A DNA stretch of 64,000 nucleotides from Syntrophorhabdaceae bacterium (GTDB lineage: Bacteria; Desulfobacterota; Syntrophorhabdia; Syntrophorhabdales; Syntrophorhabdaceae). This document shows, piece by piece, positions 1 through 8,701 of the stretch. The stretch is taken from NCBI GenBank assembly GCA_963665295.1, contig OY762209.1:2112001-2176000 (forward strand). Direction: 5' to 3'. The notes under the pieces are model-generated. The model made no database searches. It saw only the letters and a list, made by a program, of their open reading frames with translations, and had not been told where the DNA came from. Made by a program: the position numbers and the translations under genes. The number at the start of each line of letters is the position of its first letter. Position 1 is the first letter of the stretch.

Positions 1-111
1 AGGGCAAAATAGACATAACCATATGAAAAGTTTGCCCACATAGGAAAATTTTTCCCCCCTTCGCGGACGTCATTTTTTCAGCCCCCATTGATATTTCAAG
101 GAAACCGGTAG

Positions 112-127
112 TGGCATAAGGATTGCA
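112..127 (+). promoter_or_regulatory. sigma54 (RpoN) -24/-12 promoter of the flgF operon
   Basis: TGGCATAAGGATTGCA; GG and GC exactly 12 nt apart, about 25 nt upstream of the flgF ATG. Confidence 0.8.
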
Positions 128-150
128 CCATATTGTGCCATGAGGTCGCC

Positions 151-879
151 ATGCTAAATAGCTCATTTATCACGTTACCGGGAAAATATGTTCTTGAGAG
201 GAAGATGGAAGCCATCACCAACAATCTCGCCAACGCATCCACGGCAGGATACAAATCCTCCAGACCCTCGTTTTCAATCTCCTCCACGGAGACGGCCACG
301 ACCGAGGGCGGTGGACCTTCCCTCCCTCAGACGACCTTCACGAACCTCGACTTTCATATCCATTTTGACGAGGCACCCCTCGTACAGACAGGAAACGGCC
401 TTGATGTAGCGATCCAGGGAAGCGGGTTCTTCGTCGTGTCAACGGAAGACGGGGTCGTCTATACGCGGAATGGGCAGTTTACCCTTAATAAAGACAAAAA
501 ACTCGTAACCATGGATGGAAGCCCGGTGATGGGTCAGTCCGGAGAGATTACCCTGGACGGCAAAGAGATCGTGATCGAGGGCAACGGGTCGGTATACCTG
601 GACAAGCGGGTAGTGGGGACATTGAAGATAGTGGACTTCAAGGACAAGACGACCTTGAGGAACCAGGGGAAAAGCTGCTTTGTGAATACGGATCCCGACA
701 ACGGGGAGACCAGCGCCGGTAAGTTTGTGCTCAAGAGCGGGTTCTATGAGACTTCCAACGTGAACGTGATGGGTGAAATGGTTGAGATGATGTCTGCCAT
801 GAGGGCTTACGAGTCGTACACCAAAGTGGAACAGGCTTTGAACGACGTAATGACCAAACTGGTAGATATCGCTAGATAG
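151..879 (+). CDS. flgF: flagellar basal-body rod protein FlgF
   Basis: NNLANASTAGYK, TGNGLDVAIQGSGFF, YTRNGQF and ETSNVN rod motifs; GAGG before ATG 151; precedes flgG. Confidence 0.88.
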   Translation: MLNSSFITLPGKYVLERKMEAITNNLANASTAGYKSSRPSFSISSTETATTEGGGPSLPQTTFTNLDFHIHFDEAPLVQTGNGLDVAIQGSGFFVVSTEDGVVYTRNGQFTLNKDKKLVTMDGSPVMGQSGEITLDGKEIVIEGNGSVYLDKRVVGTLKIVDFKDKTTLRNQGKSCFVNTDPDNGETSAGKFVLKSGFYETSNVNVMGEMVEMMSAMRAYESYTKVEQALNDVMTKLVDIAR

Positions 880-888
880 GAGGATTTT

Positions 889-1677
889 ATGATAAGGGCA
901 TTGTGGACTGCCGGAACCGGCATGAATGTGCAGCAGACAAACCTTGATGTGATCGCCAACAACATCGCCAACATCAACACCACGGGTTTCAAGAAGGGCA
1001 GGGCGGACTTCCAGGACCTCATGTACCAGACCGTGCGGCTTCAGGGGACAAAGAACGACGGCGGCAACCAGGTGCCCACGGGCATTCAGATAGGCCACGG
1101 AGCTATACTCGCGGCAGTGCAAAAGGTATTCATCCAGGGCGATTTTCAGCAGACCGACAATGAAACGGACCTGGCCATCGAAGGTATGGGCTTTATCCAG
1201 GTCACCATGCCCGACGGCACACTTGCGTACACCCGGGCCGGTACATTCAAAAAGGACTCGGAAGGGAGGCTCTGCACCTCCGACGGCTATCTCGTGACGC
1301 CCAACATCACTATCCCCAACAATGCCATCAAGACCTCCATAGGCTCGGATGGGACCGTATCGGTCCAGGTGCAGGGGCAATCCGCCCTTTCCCAGATCGG
1401 CAAGATCGAGCTCGCGTCCTTTCCCAACCCCACAGGTTTGACCTCCATTGGAAAGAGCTTCTACCAGCAGACGGACGCAAGTGGTTCTCCCGTGCTCGCA
1501 ACTCCGGGAACAAACGGCATGGGTACTCTCCTTCAGGGCTATCTCGAGCAGTCCAACGTCAACATCATGCAGGAGATGGTCAACCTTATCATAGGGCAGA
1601 GGGCATACGAAGTGAACTCCAAGGCCATACAGGCCGCCGACGAGATGCTGCAACTTGCGAACAATGTGAGGAAATAA
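889..1677 (+). CDS. flgG: flagellar distal rod protein FlgG
   Basis: MIRALWTAGTGM, ANNIANINTTGFK, FQDLMYQ, PTGIQIGHG, QRAYEVNSK; 262 aa. Confidence 0.97.
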   Translation: MIRALWTAGTGMNVQQTNLDVIANNIANINTTGFKKGRADFQDLMYQTVRLQGTKNDGGNQVPTGIQIGHGAILAAVQKVFIQGDFQQTDNETDLAIEGMGFIQVTMPDGTLAYTRAGTFKKDSEGRLCTSDGYLVTPNITIPNNAIKTSIGSDGTVSVQVQGQSALSQIGKIELASFPNPTGLTSIGKSFYQQTDASGSPVLATPGTNGMGTLLQGYLEQSNVNIMQEMVNLIIGQRAYEVNSKAIQAADEMLQLANNVRK

Positions 1678-2456
1678 TGTCCGTGAAAAGCGCGGGACAC
1701 AAGATGAGTGAGCCGGAGCGGGTAACCGGAATGAATATGGACAGGGTGGGGAGTGTTATGCTCTCCGCCTGTTCCATCCTTTGCGTAGCTCTTCTCCTCT
1801 TCCCTCTCATTGCCTCTGCCGCCCCGGCGTCCACGGAAGACAGGTCCCTGGTTGAAAAAAAGCTCACCAGTTTCATAAAGGAGTTCTACCAGGAAGACAC
1901 GGACATTCAGGTGAAATTCAACAACATACCCGAATCCCTGAAAGGAAAGGCGAAGGTGAGGGGCATAAACTTCTCCAAGGTGCCTGACGCACAGGGCGAC
2001 GGCGTATGTCTCGTCGAGTTCGATATGAAGGAATCGAGAGAGCGGAACGCTTACGTGGCGTTCAAGGTCTACAAGAAGAGACAACTTTTTGTGCTGAAGC
2101 AGGGAGGCAAAAGAGGCAACGTCGTTACCGATGCCGACGTGGCGGAAAAAGAGGCATTCCTCACGGGAATGACCGCGTATCCTGCCTCACGCGGGGAAGT
2201 AATCGGCAAGAGACTGAGAAGGGACCTCCCGGCCGGCACCGTACTCACTCCCCAGGCCATCGAAGACCCGATCCTCATCCAGACCGGTGAAGTGGTGCAT
2301 ATTATCGCGGAGAACCCGAGACTGGTAATTCACACGAACGGCAAGGCGCTGGACAGGGGGAGAATGGGCGAGACGATAAGGGTGAAGAACCTGAACTCCG
2401 GCAAGGAAATACTCGGCAAGGTGACGGGGGGCAATACCGTCACCGTCGAATTTTAG
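1677..2456 (+). CDS. flgA: P-ring assembly chaperone FlgA
   Basis: Signal-like hydrophobic stretch, SAF domain, C-terminal GKALDRGRMGETIRVKNLNSGKEI; start may instead be ATG 1758. Confidence 0.88.
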   Translation: MSVKSAGHKMSEPERVTGMNMDRVGSVMLSACSILCVALLLFPLIASAAPASTEDRSLVEKKLTSFIKEFYQEDTDIQVKFNNIPESLKGKAKVRGINFSKVPDAQGDGVCLVEFDMKESRERNAYVAFKVYKKRQLFVLKQGGKRGNVVTDADVAEKEAFLTGMTAYPASRGEVIGKRLRRDLPAGTVLTPQAIEDPILIQTGEVVHIIAENPRLVIHTNGKALDRGRMGETIRVKNLNSGKEILGKVTGGNTVTVEF

Positions 2457-2465
2457 GAGCGGACC

Positions 2466-3173
2466 GTGAAAACAGCATCTTTGACAATTGTTGCGCTTTT
2501 CTCGTTGGCAGCCTGCAATACGGTGGCGCAGATGGAAATGTCCAAGATCAAGAACGAACCCTTCGTCGTCGACAATACGTACAAATACGCACGGCCCACA
2601 ACGGGAAAAAACATGGGAACCATATGGAAGGGTGAGCAGGTGTCCAATACCTTCTATGTGGACCAGAGGGCAAAGAGCATAGGCGATATCATTACCGTCA
2701 ACATCATAGAGGTGTCCCAGGCGTCGGAGGCCGCGACAACGGACCTCACCAAGAAGTCGACGACCCACGCGGGCATCCCCAACTTCTTCGGTTGGGAGAC
2801 GAAGTACGTGAACACCCATCCCTACATAGACCCGAGCAACCTCATAAACGCCAATACACAGAACGATTTCTCCGGTTCCGGGAATACCACGAGGGGCGGC
2901 TCCCTGACGGCCACCATCTCGGCGAAGGTGGTGGATGTGCTGCCGAGCGGCAACCTCGCCATAGAAGGCAAAAGAGAGATATACATCAACAATGAAAAGA
3001 AGGAAATATTGCTCCAGGGCGTTGTGAGGCCCAGGGACATAGCTTATGACAACTCGGTCCTTTCCACCCAGGTTGCCGATGCCAAGATGATCTATACGGG
3101 CATCGGGGTCGTGGGCGACAAACAGAGGCCGGGATGGCTCGCACGGGTACTGGATCTGGTATGGCCATTCTGA
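2466..3173 (+). CDS. flgH: flagellar L-ring lipoprotein FlgH
   Basis: Lipobox LAAC, DQRAKSIGDIITV, GNLAIEG, GVVRPRDI, C-terminal PGWL..WPF. Confidence 0.96.
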   Translation: MKTASLTIVALFSLAACNTVAQMEMSKIKNEPFVVDNTYKYARPTTGKNMGTIWKGEQVSNTFYVDQRAKSIGDIITVNIIEVSQASEAATTDLTKKSTTHAGIPNFFGWETKYVNTHPYIDPSNLINANTQNDFSGSGNTTRGGSLTATISAKVVDVLPSGNLAIEGKREIYINNEKKEILLQGVVRPRDIAYDNSVLSTQVADAKMIYTGIGVVGDKQRPGWLARVLDLVWPF

Positions 3174-4351
3174 TGAAGGGAGACAGGATGATACGGAGAG
3201 TGAAAGAAGGGAAGGGTAATCAGGCTCCCATGCCCGGCAGGCGCCACGCGATGCGTCCGGCGTTGACCGTTGCCCTTTGCGCTCTCCTTTTTCTCGTCCT
3301 GTCCGTTCCTCCGTCCCATGGGGCGAGGATAAAAGATATAGGCTCCATACAAGGGGTCAGGACAAACCAGTTGATAGGTTACGGGCTTGTCATCGGTCTC
3401 AAGGGAACGGGCGACAAGGTCCAGACGATTTTTACCACCCAGTCCCTTGCCAACATGCTCGAAAAAATGGGGATCAGGGTTGACCCCACCCAGACCAAGG
3501 TGAAGAATATCGCGGCCGTCGTGGTGACGGCAGACTTGCCCCCCTTTGCGAAAGCGGGGAACAAGGTTGACGTGGTAGTCTCTTCAATCGGGGATGCGAC
3601 CAGTATAGAAGGCGGCGTCCTCCTTCTCACACCCCTTAAAGGGGCTGACGGTGAGATATACGGTGTGGTTCAGGGACCGATAGTAGTCGGAGGCTTTCTC
3701 GCGAGCGGACAAGGGGCGTCGGTTACGAAGAACCATCCTACGGTAGGCAGAATCGCCAATGGCATGATCGTGGAGAAGGAGTTGAACTACGGAGACTATA
3801 AACCCGAGTCGATCCTTATCTCCCTCAAGGCTCCTGATTTTACCAATACCCGGCGGGTGGTGGAGCGCATAAACAGCGTGTTCGAAGGGGCTGCAACCGC
3901 GAAAGACGGCGGCACCATAACGGTTACTACCCCGGAGGAATTGAAGTCGGACCCCGTGAAGTTTGTGTCCATCGTGGAAAACCTTCAGATCAAGCCGGAC
4001 GCGCAGGCGAAGATCGTGGTGGATGAAAAGAACGGCACGGTGGTGATAGGAGAGAACGTCACTATCGCCACAGTCGCCATCGCCCATGGAAACATAAGCG
4101 TCCAGATCAAGGAAGATCCCAAGGTGAGCCAGCCCATGCCCTTCTCCGGCGGGCGCACCGTTGTCACCCCCAATACGAAGATTAAAGTCGAAGAAGAGAA
4201 GGCCAAGTTTGTGGTCGTGGAAGGCGGAGTTACCATACGGGAACTGGTGAAGGCCCTGAACGCCATCGGCGTTTCCCCGAGGGATATGATCACCATTCTG
4301 CAGACCATAAAGGCGGCGGGGGCATTACATGCCGAACTGGAGGTAATCTGA
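3173..4351 (+). CDS. flgI: flagellar P-ring protein FlgI
   Basis: RIKDI, NQLIGYGLVIGLKGTGD, KNIAAVVVTADLPPF, AGALHAELEVI; start uncertain (3173/3188/3251). Confidence 0.96.
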   Translation: MKGDRMIRRVKEGKGNQAPMPGRRHAMRPALTVALCALLFLVLSVPPSHGARIKDIGSIQGVRTNQLIGYGLVIGLKGTGDKVQTIFTTQSLANMLEKMGIRVDPTQTKVKNIAAVVVTADLPPFAKAGNKVDVVVSSIGDATSIEGGVLLLTPLKGADGEIYGVVQGPIVVGGFLASGQGASVTKNHPTVGRIANGMIVEKELNYGDYKPESILISLKAPDFTNTRRVVERINSVFEGAATAKDGGTITVTTPEELKSDPVKFVSIVENLQIKPDAQAKIVVDEKNGTVVIGENVTIATVAIAHGNISVQIKEDPKVSQPMPFSGGRTVVTPNTKIKVEEEKAKFVVVEGGVTIRELVKALNAIGVSPRDMITILQTIKAAGALHAELEVI

Positions 4352-4680
4352 TGAAGATTTTTGCTGATAAGGTCCCTTCTTACGACGAACTGGCGAAGGC
4401 GAAGGATTCAAAGAGCCTTGCGAAGATCGGCGAGGATTTCGAGGCCTTCTTCCTCACATCCATGCTGAAGGACCTCGACAAAACCGCCCACCTGTCGAAG
4501 AAGAGCTACCGGGAAGAGACGACCATGGCCATAATGTATGAGAAACTCGGTGGCTATCTCGCCAAGAAAGGGGTAGGCGTAAAAGAGATGCTGCTGAAAT
4601 ATATGGGAGACGCGGAAAACCCTAAAGTTTCGGAAAACCCTAAAGTTTCCGGCGAAACAGGCGATAATAGGGATGAGTAG
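4351..4680 (+). CDS. flgJ: FlgJ-like rod-binding protein lacking a muramidase domain
   Basis: EDFEAFFLTSMLK and LAKKGVGV resemble the rod-binding domain; follows flgI. Confidence 0.7.
   Translation: MKIFADKVPSYDELAKAKDSKSLAKIGEDFEAFFLTSMLKDLDKTAHLSKKSYREETTMAIMYEKLGGYLAKKGVGVKEMLLKYMGDAENPKVSENPKVSGETGDNRDE
4613..4648 (+). repeat. 18-bp perfect tandem duplication CGGAAAACCCTAAAGTTT x2
   Basis: Read directly; encodes ENPKVS twice and duplicates a sigma28 -35 box. Confidence 0.9.
4641..4667 (+). promoter_or_regulatory. sigma28 (FliA) promoter of flgM, inside the flgJ-like gene
   Basis: TAAAGTTT-N11-GGCGATAA versus consensus TAAAGTTT-N11-GCCGATAA. Confidence 0.8.
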
Positions 4681-4695
4681 AAGAGGAGGTGGATT

Positions 4696-5001
4696 ATGAA
4701 AGTACAAAATGACAATACAACCAATGTACTCGACAGTCTCGTCAGGTCCGCGCAGGTCAAGTCCTCGAAAGATACGGGGGCGAGCGCGAAGGTGGATGGA
4801 AGCGCTACTGATACGGTCGAATTATCGAGCAGAAAGGAAGAGATCCAGAGGATCAAGGACAGGGTGATGGCCGCTCCGGAAATGAGGCAGGACAAAGTGG
4901 AAAAGGTCCAGGGGGAGCTGAGCGCCCAGACGTACAACGTGAAAGGCGAATTGGTCGCAAGAAGCATTGTGAAGAGTCAACTTTTGGATGAGATATTATA
5001 G
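4696..5001 (+). CDS. flgM: anti-sigma28 factor FlgM
   Basis: DTVELS, PEMRQDKVEKV and TYNVKGELVA motifs; 101 aa; strong RBS. Confidence 0.9.
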   Translation: MKVQNDNTTNVLDSLVRSAQVKSSKDTGASAKVDGSATDTVELSSRKEEIQRIKDRVMAAPEMRQDKVEKVQGELSAQTYNVKGELVARSIVKSQLLDEIL

Positions 5002-5003
5002 CC

Positions 5004-5438
5004 ATGAAAGATGAACTGATCTTCGAGATAACGCAAAAAGAGCTGGGCCTTCTGAAGGAGTTTTCGAAGGTCTTGAGAGGCGAGCGGGACGCGATCATCT
5101 CTTTTTCCCTGGAAGGCATCGTGTGTGAGAACAACCGCAAGGAAGAGATACTGAAAAGACTTGAATTTCTGAAGCAGGAGAAGGGGAACCTTTTGCGGGA
5201 CCCCATCGATCCGGAGACGACCGTAGGCGGCAGGACATGGAAGTCCCTGTGCGGAGAGGTTAACCAGGCCATAAAAGAGGTGAGGAGCGGTATCGACAAG
5301 AACATGAAGCTCCTTTCGTTCTCCATGGATCACGTGAAGTCATCTATAGAGAACATCGTGGGACTTCTGAACAGGTCCGCATATGGGAACAACAAGATGG
5401 AGAAAAGGGTCTCTTTCGTTCTCTCCAGGAGTGCTTGA
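5004..5438 (+). CDS. flgN: FlgN-family export chaperone
   Basis: Helical 144-aa protein between flgM and flgK; ERDAII...KEE...N pattern. Confidence 0.75.
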   Translation: MKDELIFEITQKELGLLKEFSKVLRGERDAIISFSLEGIVCENNRKEEILKRLEFLKQEKGNLLRDPIDPETTVGGRTWKSLCGEVNQAIKEVRSGIDKNMKLLSFSMDHVKSSIENIVGLLNRSAYGNNKMEKRVSFVLSRSA

Positions 5439-7157
5439 GTGAGCATTTACTCAATACTCAACGTCGCCAGAGGGGCGCTCGCTGCAACCCAGACGGCCAT
5501 GCAGGTCACGTCCAATAATATTGCGAACGTGAATACCGCGGGCTATGCGCGCCAGGAGGCGGTCCTCGAAGAGGCCCGGCCTACGCCTTCCCCCGCGGGG
5601 CTCATGGGCGACGGAGTAACGGTAAAGACCATCAAGAGGTTCTACGACAAGTACCTTGAAAGCTCAATACGGACCAAAAATTCCGATGCAGAGGGAAACT
5701 CGGTTCTTTCCACGTATCTCGACCGGATCCAGCAGTTCCTCAATGAGGACAATTCTCATCTTGCAGGTAACATAACCACCTATTTCAACGATTGGCAGAG
5801 CCTTTCGACGGACCCGCAGAACACGGGAATGAAACAGACCATCGTATCTCAGGGGCAAACGCTCGCCCAGTCGATCCAGACCCTGTACTCGAACCTGAAA
5901 GACCTCCAGAGCGAGCTCAACGACCAGGTGAATTCGGAGGTGGACAGCGCCAACACGATCCTCGCCTCCATCGCAACCCTGAACACCCAGATCATCGAGA
6001 ACGGAGCGGATCAGGCCTCCACGAACATCTATCAGGACCAGAAGACGTCCCTCCTGAACGAACTTTCGAAGAAGTTGAGCATCCAGACCTTCGATGACAA
6101 GTATGGAAGGACCACGGTCCTCACGGCAGGAGGCAAACCTCTCGTGGAAGACGGGAGCGCATTGAAGTTCACCATTGTCCCCGGGGCGACCACCGGCTAC
6201 TCGAAAGTAGGATTGGAGGATAGCAGCGGAACCATAACCGACATTACATCCGACCTCGGGGGAGGCAAATTCAAGGCCCTCATCGATACCCGTGATACCT
6301 ACGTGGTAGGGTTTCTCGACGATCTCGACACTATGTCCGCCGCCCTTATCGATAACACGAAATGGACGGCCCAGATAGGCGGATTTATTACGGGCACCAG
6401 TTTCTTTCAGGGTACGGGCGCCGCGGATATCGCCGTCACGGACAGCCTTGTGGCCGATCCGACGAGCTTCAGCGCTTCCTCGGACCCCACCGGCAAACCA
6501 TCGGATAACGATATCGCGGTAAGGATCGCCGCCCTTGTCGAGAAGACCCTGATCGGGTCGCAGCAACTCGTTCACGCCTCCGGGTCCGATGCCCTGAGCA
6601 ATACCTACTCCAGCGCAGGCACGGCCATGACTTCCCTGCTGGGACTCAGCTCCGCCTGGAGCGGCACAATCCAGATCAAAGGAACCGACGGTGTGGCGAA
6701 GAGCGTGTCCATAGACCTTTCCCAGGATACGCTGACCCAGATCCGGGACAAGATAAACAATGCAGCCCCCACGGGTGTAACCGCGTCCCTCGCGACCACC
6801 ACCACAAACGGCGTCACCAGTTACCAACTCAAACTCACGAACGTGGATGCCACGGACCTTACGGACCAGAACGGCGTGCTCCAGACCCTCGGCCTGGTTA
6901 CCGGTACCACGACCCTCACGGACTTTGCTTCGTCCATGGTGAGCAATGCGGGTCAGCTTGCTCAGGACGCCGAGAATGCGGCCCAGACCAGCAGCGACAG
7001 TGCGGCGGTGTTGACGGCTCAGAGGGAGGGCGTGTCGGGGGTGTCCATCGATGAGGAGATGGCAAACCTCATAAAGTACCAGTATGCCTATCAAGCGAGT
7101 GCCAAGCTCTTCAGCATTGCCGATGAGCTTCTTCAATCTCTCCTGGCGGTGACATGA
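5439..7157 (+). CDS. flgK: hook-associated protein FlgK
   Basis: SNNIANVNTAGYARQ and SGVSIDEEMANLIKYQYAYQASAK. Confidence 0.96.
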   Translation: MSIYSILNVARGALAATQTAMQVTSNNIANVNTAGYARQEAVLEEARPTPSPAGLMGDGVTVKTIKRFYDKYLESSIRTKNSDAEGNSVLSTYLDRIQQFLNEDNSHLAGNITTYFNDWQSLSTDPQNTGMKQTIVSQGQTLAQSIQTLYSNLKDLQSELNDQVNSEVDSANTILASIATLNTQIIENGADQASTNIYQDQKTSLLNELSKKLSIQTFDDKYGRTTVLTAGGKPLVEDGSALKFTIVPGATTGYSKVGLEDSSGTITDITSDLGGGKFKALIDTRDTYVVGFLDDLDTMSAALIDNTKWTAQIGGFITGTSFFQGTGAADIAVTDSLVADPTSFSASSDPTGKPSDNDIAVRIAALVEKTLIGSQQLVHASGSDALSNTYSSAGTAMTSLLGLSSAWSGTIQIKGTDGVAKSVSIDLSQDTLTQIRDKINNAAPTGVTASLATTTTNGVTSYQLKLTNVDATDLTDQNGVLQTLGLVTGTTTLTDFASSMVSNAGQLAQDAENAAQTSSDSAAVLTAQREGVSGVSIDEEMANLIKYQYAYQASAKLFSIADELLQSLLAVT

Positions 7158-8071
7158 TGAGAGTTTCCGATAATTACAGGTTTGAATTCTTCAAGGCCAG
7201 CGTCCAGGCCCTCAAGGGTAAACTGGATAGGAATCAGGAGAAGATATCCTCCCAAAAGGAGATCCTCGCCCCCAGCGACGATCCCGTGGGAACCGCGCAG
7301 TACATTCAGTTGCAGACCCAGCAGGATAAGAATACCCAGTATGTGAAGAACCTTGAGCGTCTTACCACGCTTTCGGGGATGTATGAGACATCGATCAACA
7401 GCGTCTCCGACGTTCTGACGGCAGCGAAGCAGCTCGCGGTCACCATGTCATCCGATACGGTGACCAAGGAAAACAGGGCCGCCGCAGTGTCGGAAGTGGA
7501 GGGCATGATCGAACAGCTCGCATCCCTGGGCAACACAAAGGTGGGTGGAACCTATATTTTCGGCGGAAAGAAGACAGATACCGCCCCTTACGCGGTGAAT
7601 ACGACCGTGGACCCGTCGGACGGCAACTATTATTCCGTCTCCTTTTCCGGGACGAGCGATGTGCCTTCCGTCAATATCTCGAGCGGTCAGACGGAGAAGC
7701 TGGGTATGTCGGGCGATACCGTGTTCGGCTCCGGCGCCTCCAGCATCTTTACAGCTCTCAAGGGCCTCAGGGACGGGCTTGCGAGCAACAACACGACTGC
7801 CATCAAGAACTCCATGACTACCATCGACGCGGGGGTGGACCTCACCGCAAACAACCTGTCTTCCATAGGCGCCTTTACTCAGAAGATTTCGAACCTGTCC
7901 CAGGTTACCACGGATAACACCACACAATTGAAAACGACCGCTTCCAAAATCATGGACGTGGATATGATCTCGGCCCTTACCGACTATAACCTGCTCACCA
8001 CCGCCTATGAGACGGCGCTCAGCGTCATGGGGAAGATGCAGGCGATGAACATCCTTAACTACATTAAATAG
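7154..8071 (+). CDS. flgL: hook-associated protein FlgL
   Basis: MRVS start, PSDDPVG, YIFGGKKTDTAPY, C-terminal ILNYI; follows flgK. Confidence 0.94.
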   Translation: MMRVSDNYRFEFFKASVQALKGKLDRNQEKISSQKEILAPSDDPVGTAQYIQLQTQQDKNTQYVKNLERLTTLSGMYETSINSVSDVLTAAKQLAVTMSSDTVTKENRAAAVSEVEGMIEQLASLGNTKVGGTYIFGGKKTDTAPYAVNTTVDPSDGNYYSVSFSGTSDVPSVNISSGQTEKLGMSGDTVFGSGASSIFTALKGLRDGLASNNTTAIKNSMTTIDAGVDLTANNLSSIGAFTQKISNLSQVTTDNTTQLKTTASKIMDVDMISALTDYNLLTTAYETALSVMGKMQAMNILNYIK

Positions 8072-8077
8072 GAGACT

Positions 8078-8314
8078 ATGCTCGTCCTCTCGCGAAAAAA
8101 GAACGAAGGCATCATCATCAAAGGTAAAGAGGGAGACATACGCATCGTGGTGATCGAGGTGGACAAGGGAAAGGTAAGGCTTGGCATAGAAGCGCCGAAA
8201 GGCTGCGGTATTATCAGAGAGGAATTATTCTTCGAGGTGGAAGGGGCGAATAAGTTGTCCGCCCTCGAAAATATGGAAAAAATAAAGAAATTTCTAGGGG
8301 ATCACAGTGGGTGA
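8078..8314 (+). CDS. csrA: carbon storage regulator CsrA (long, FliW-associated type)
   Basis: MLVLSRK, VRLGIEAPK, IREE; C-terminal helical extension with Asn. Confidence 0.93.
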   Translation: MLVLSRKKNEGIIIKGKEGDIRIVVIEVDKGKVRLGIEAPKGCGIIREELFFEVEGANKLSALENMEKIKKFLGDHSG

Positions 8315-8696
8315 GGTCAGATTGAAAGGAAAGATCATCGGTTTCGAGGAGTGTATGTATTACGTGATGGAGAACCCCGTCGGCGAAGGGTCGCCCTTCA
8401 GGCTTCTTTCCTGCACTGAAGCCCCCGTGAACTTCGTGGTGGTGAATCCGTACCACGTGGTTGAGGACTACTCCTTCGAGATCGAGGACAGCGTGTTGAA
8501 CGGTCTCTTCCAGGGTGATAATTACATGGAGGATATCGCGGTGCTCTGTGTGGTGAGGGCGGATGATAATTCGCTCTATGTGAACCTGAGATCACCCCTT
8601 ATTGTAAACACAAGAACGGGCACTTTCGTGCAGACCATCCTGCCCAACGAGACCTACGGGGTGTCGGTACCCTTCACCGTAAGAAAAGCGGTCTGA
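8307..8696 (+). CDS. fliW: flagellar assembly factor FliW
   Basis: IIGFE, FVVVNPY, VNLRSPLIVN; adjacent to csrA. Confidence 0.9.
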   Translation: MGEVRLKGKIIGFEECMYYVMENPVGEGSPFRLLSCTEAPVNFVVVNPYHVVEDYSFEIEDSVLNGLFQGDNYMEDIAVLCVVRADDNSLYVNLRSPLIVNTRTGTFVQTILPNETYGVSVPFTVRKAV

Positions 8697-8701
8697 CATC
8701 A

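Noticed and set aside
439..7136. Long minus-strand ORFs (439-1653, 5664-7136) and similar ones elsewhere (8705-9988, 14987-16240, 24191-25561, 50813-52285, 53574-54860)
   Set aside because: Antisense shadows of well-supported genes in GC-rich DNA; no recognisable motifs
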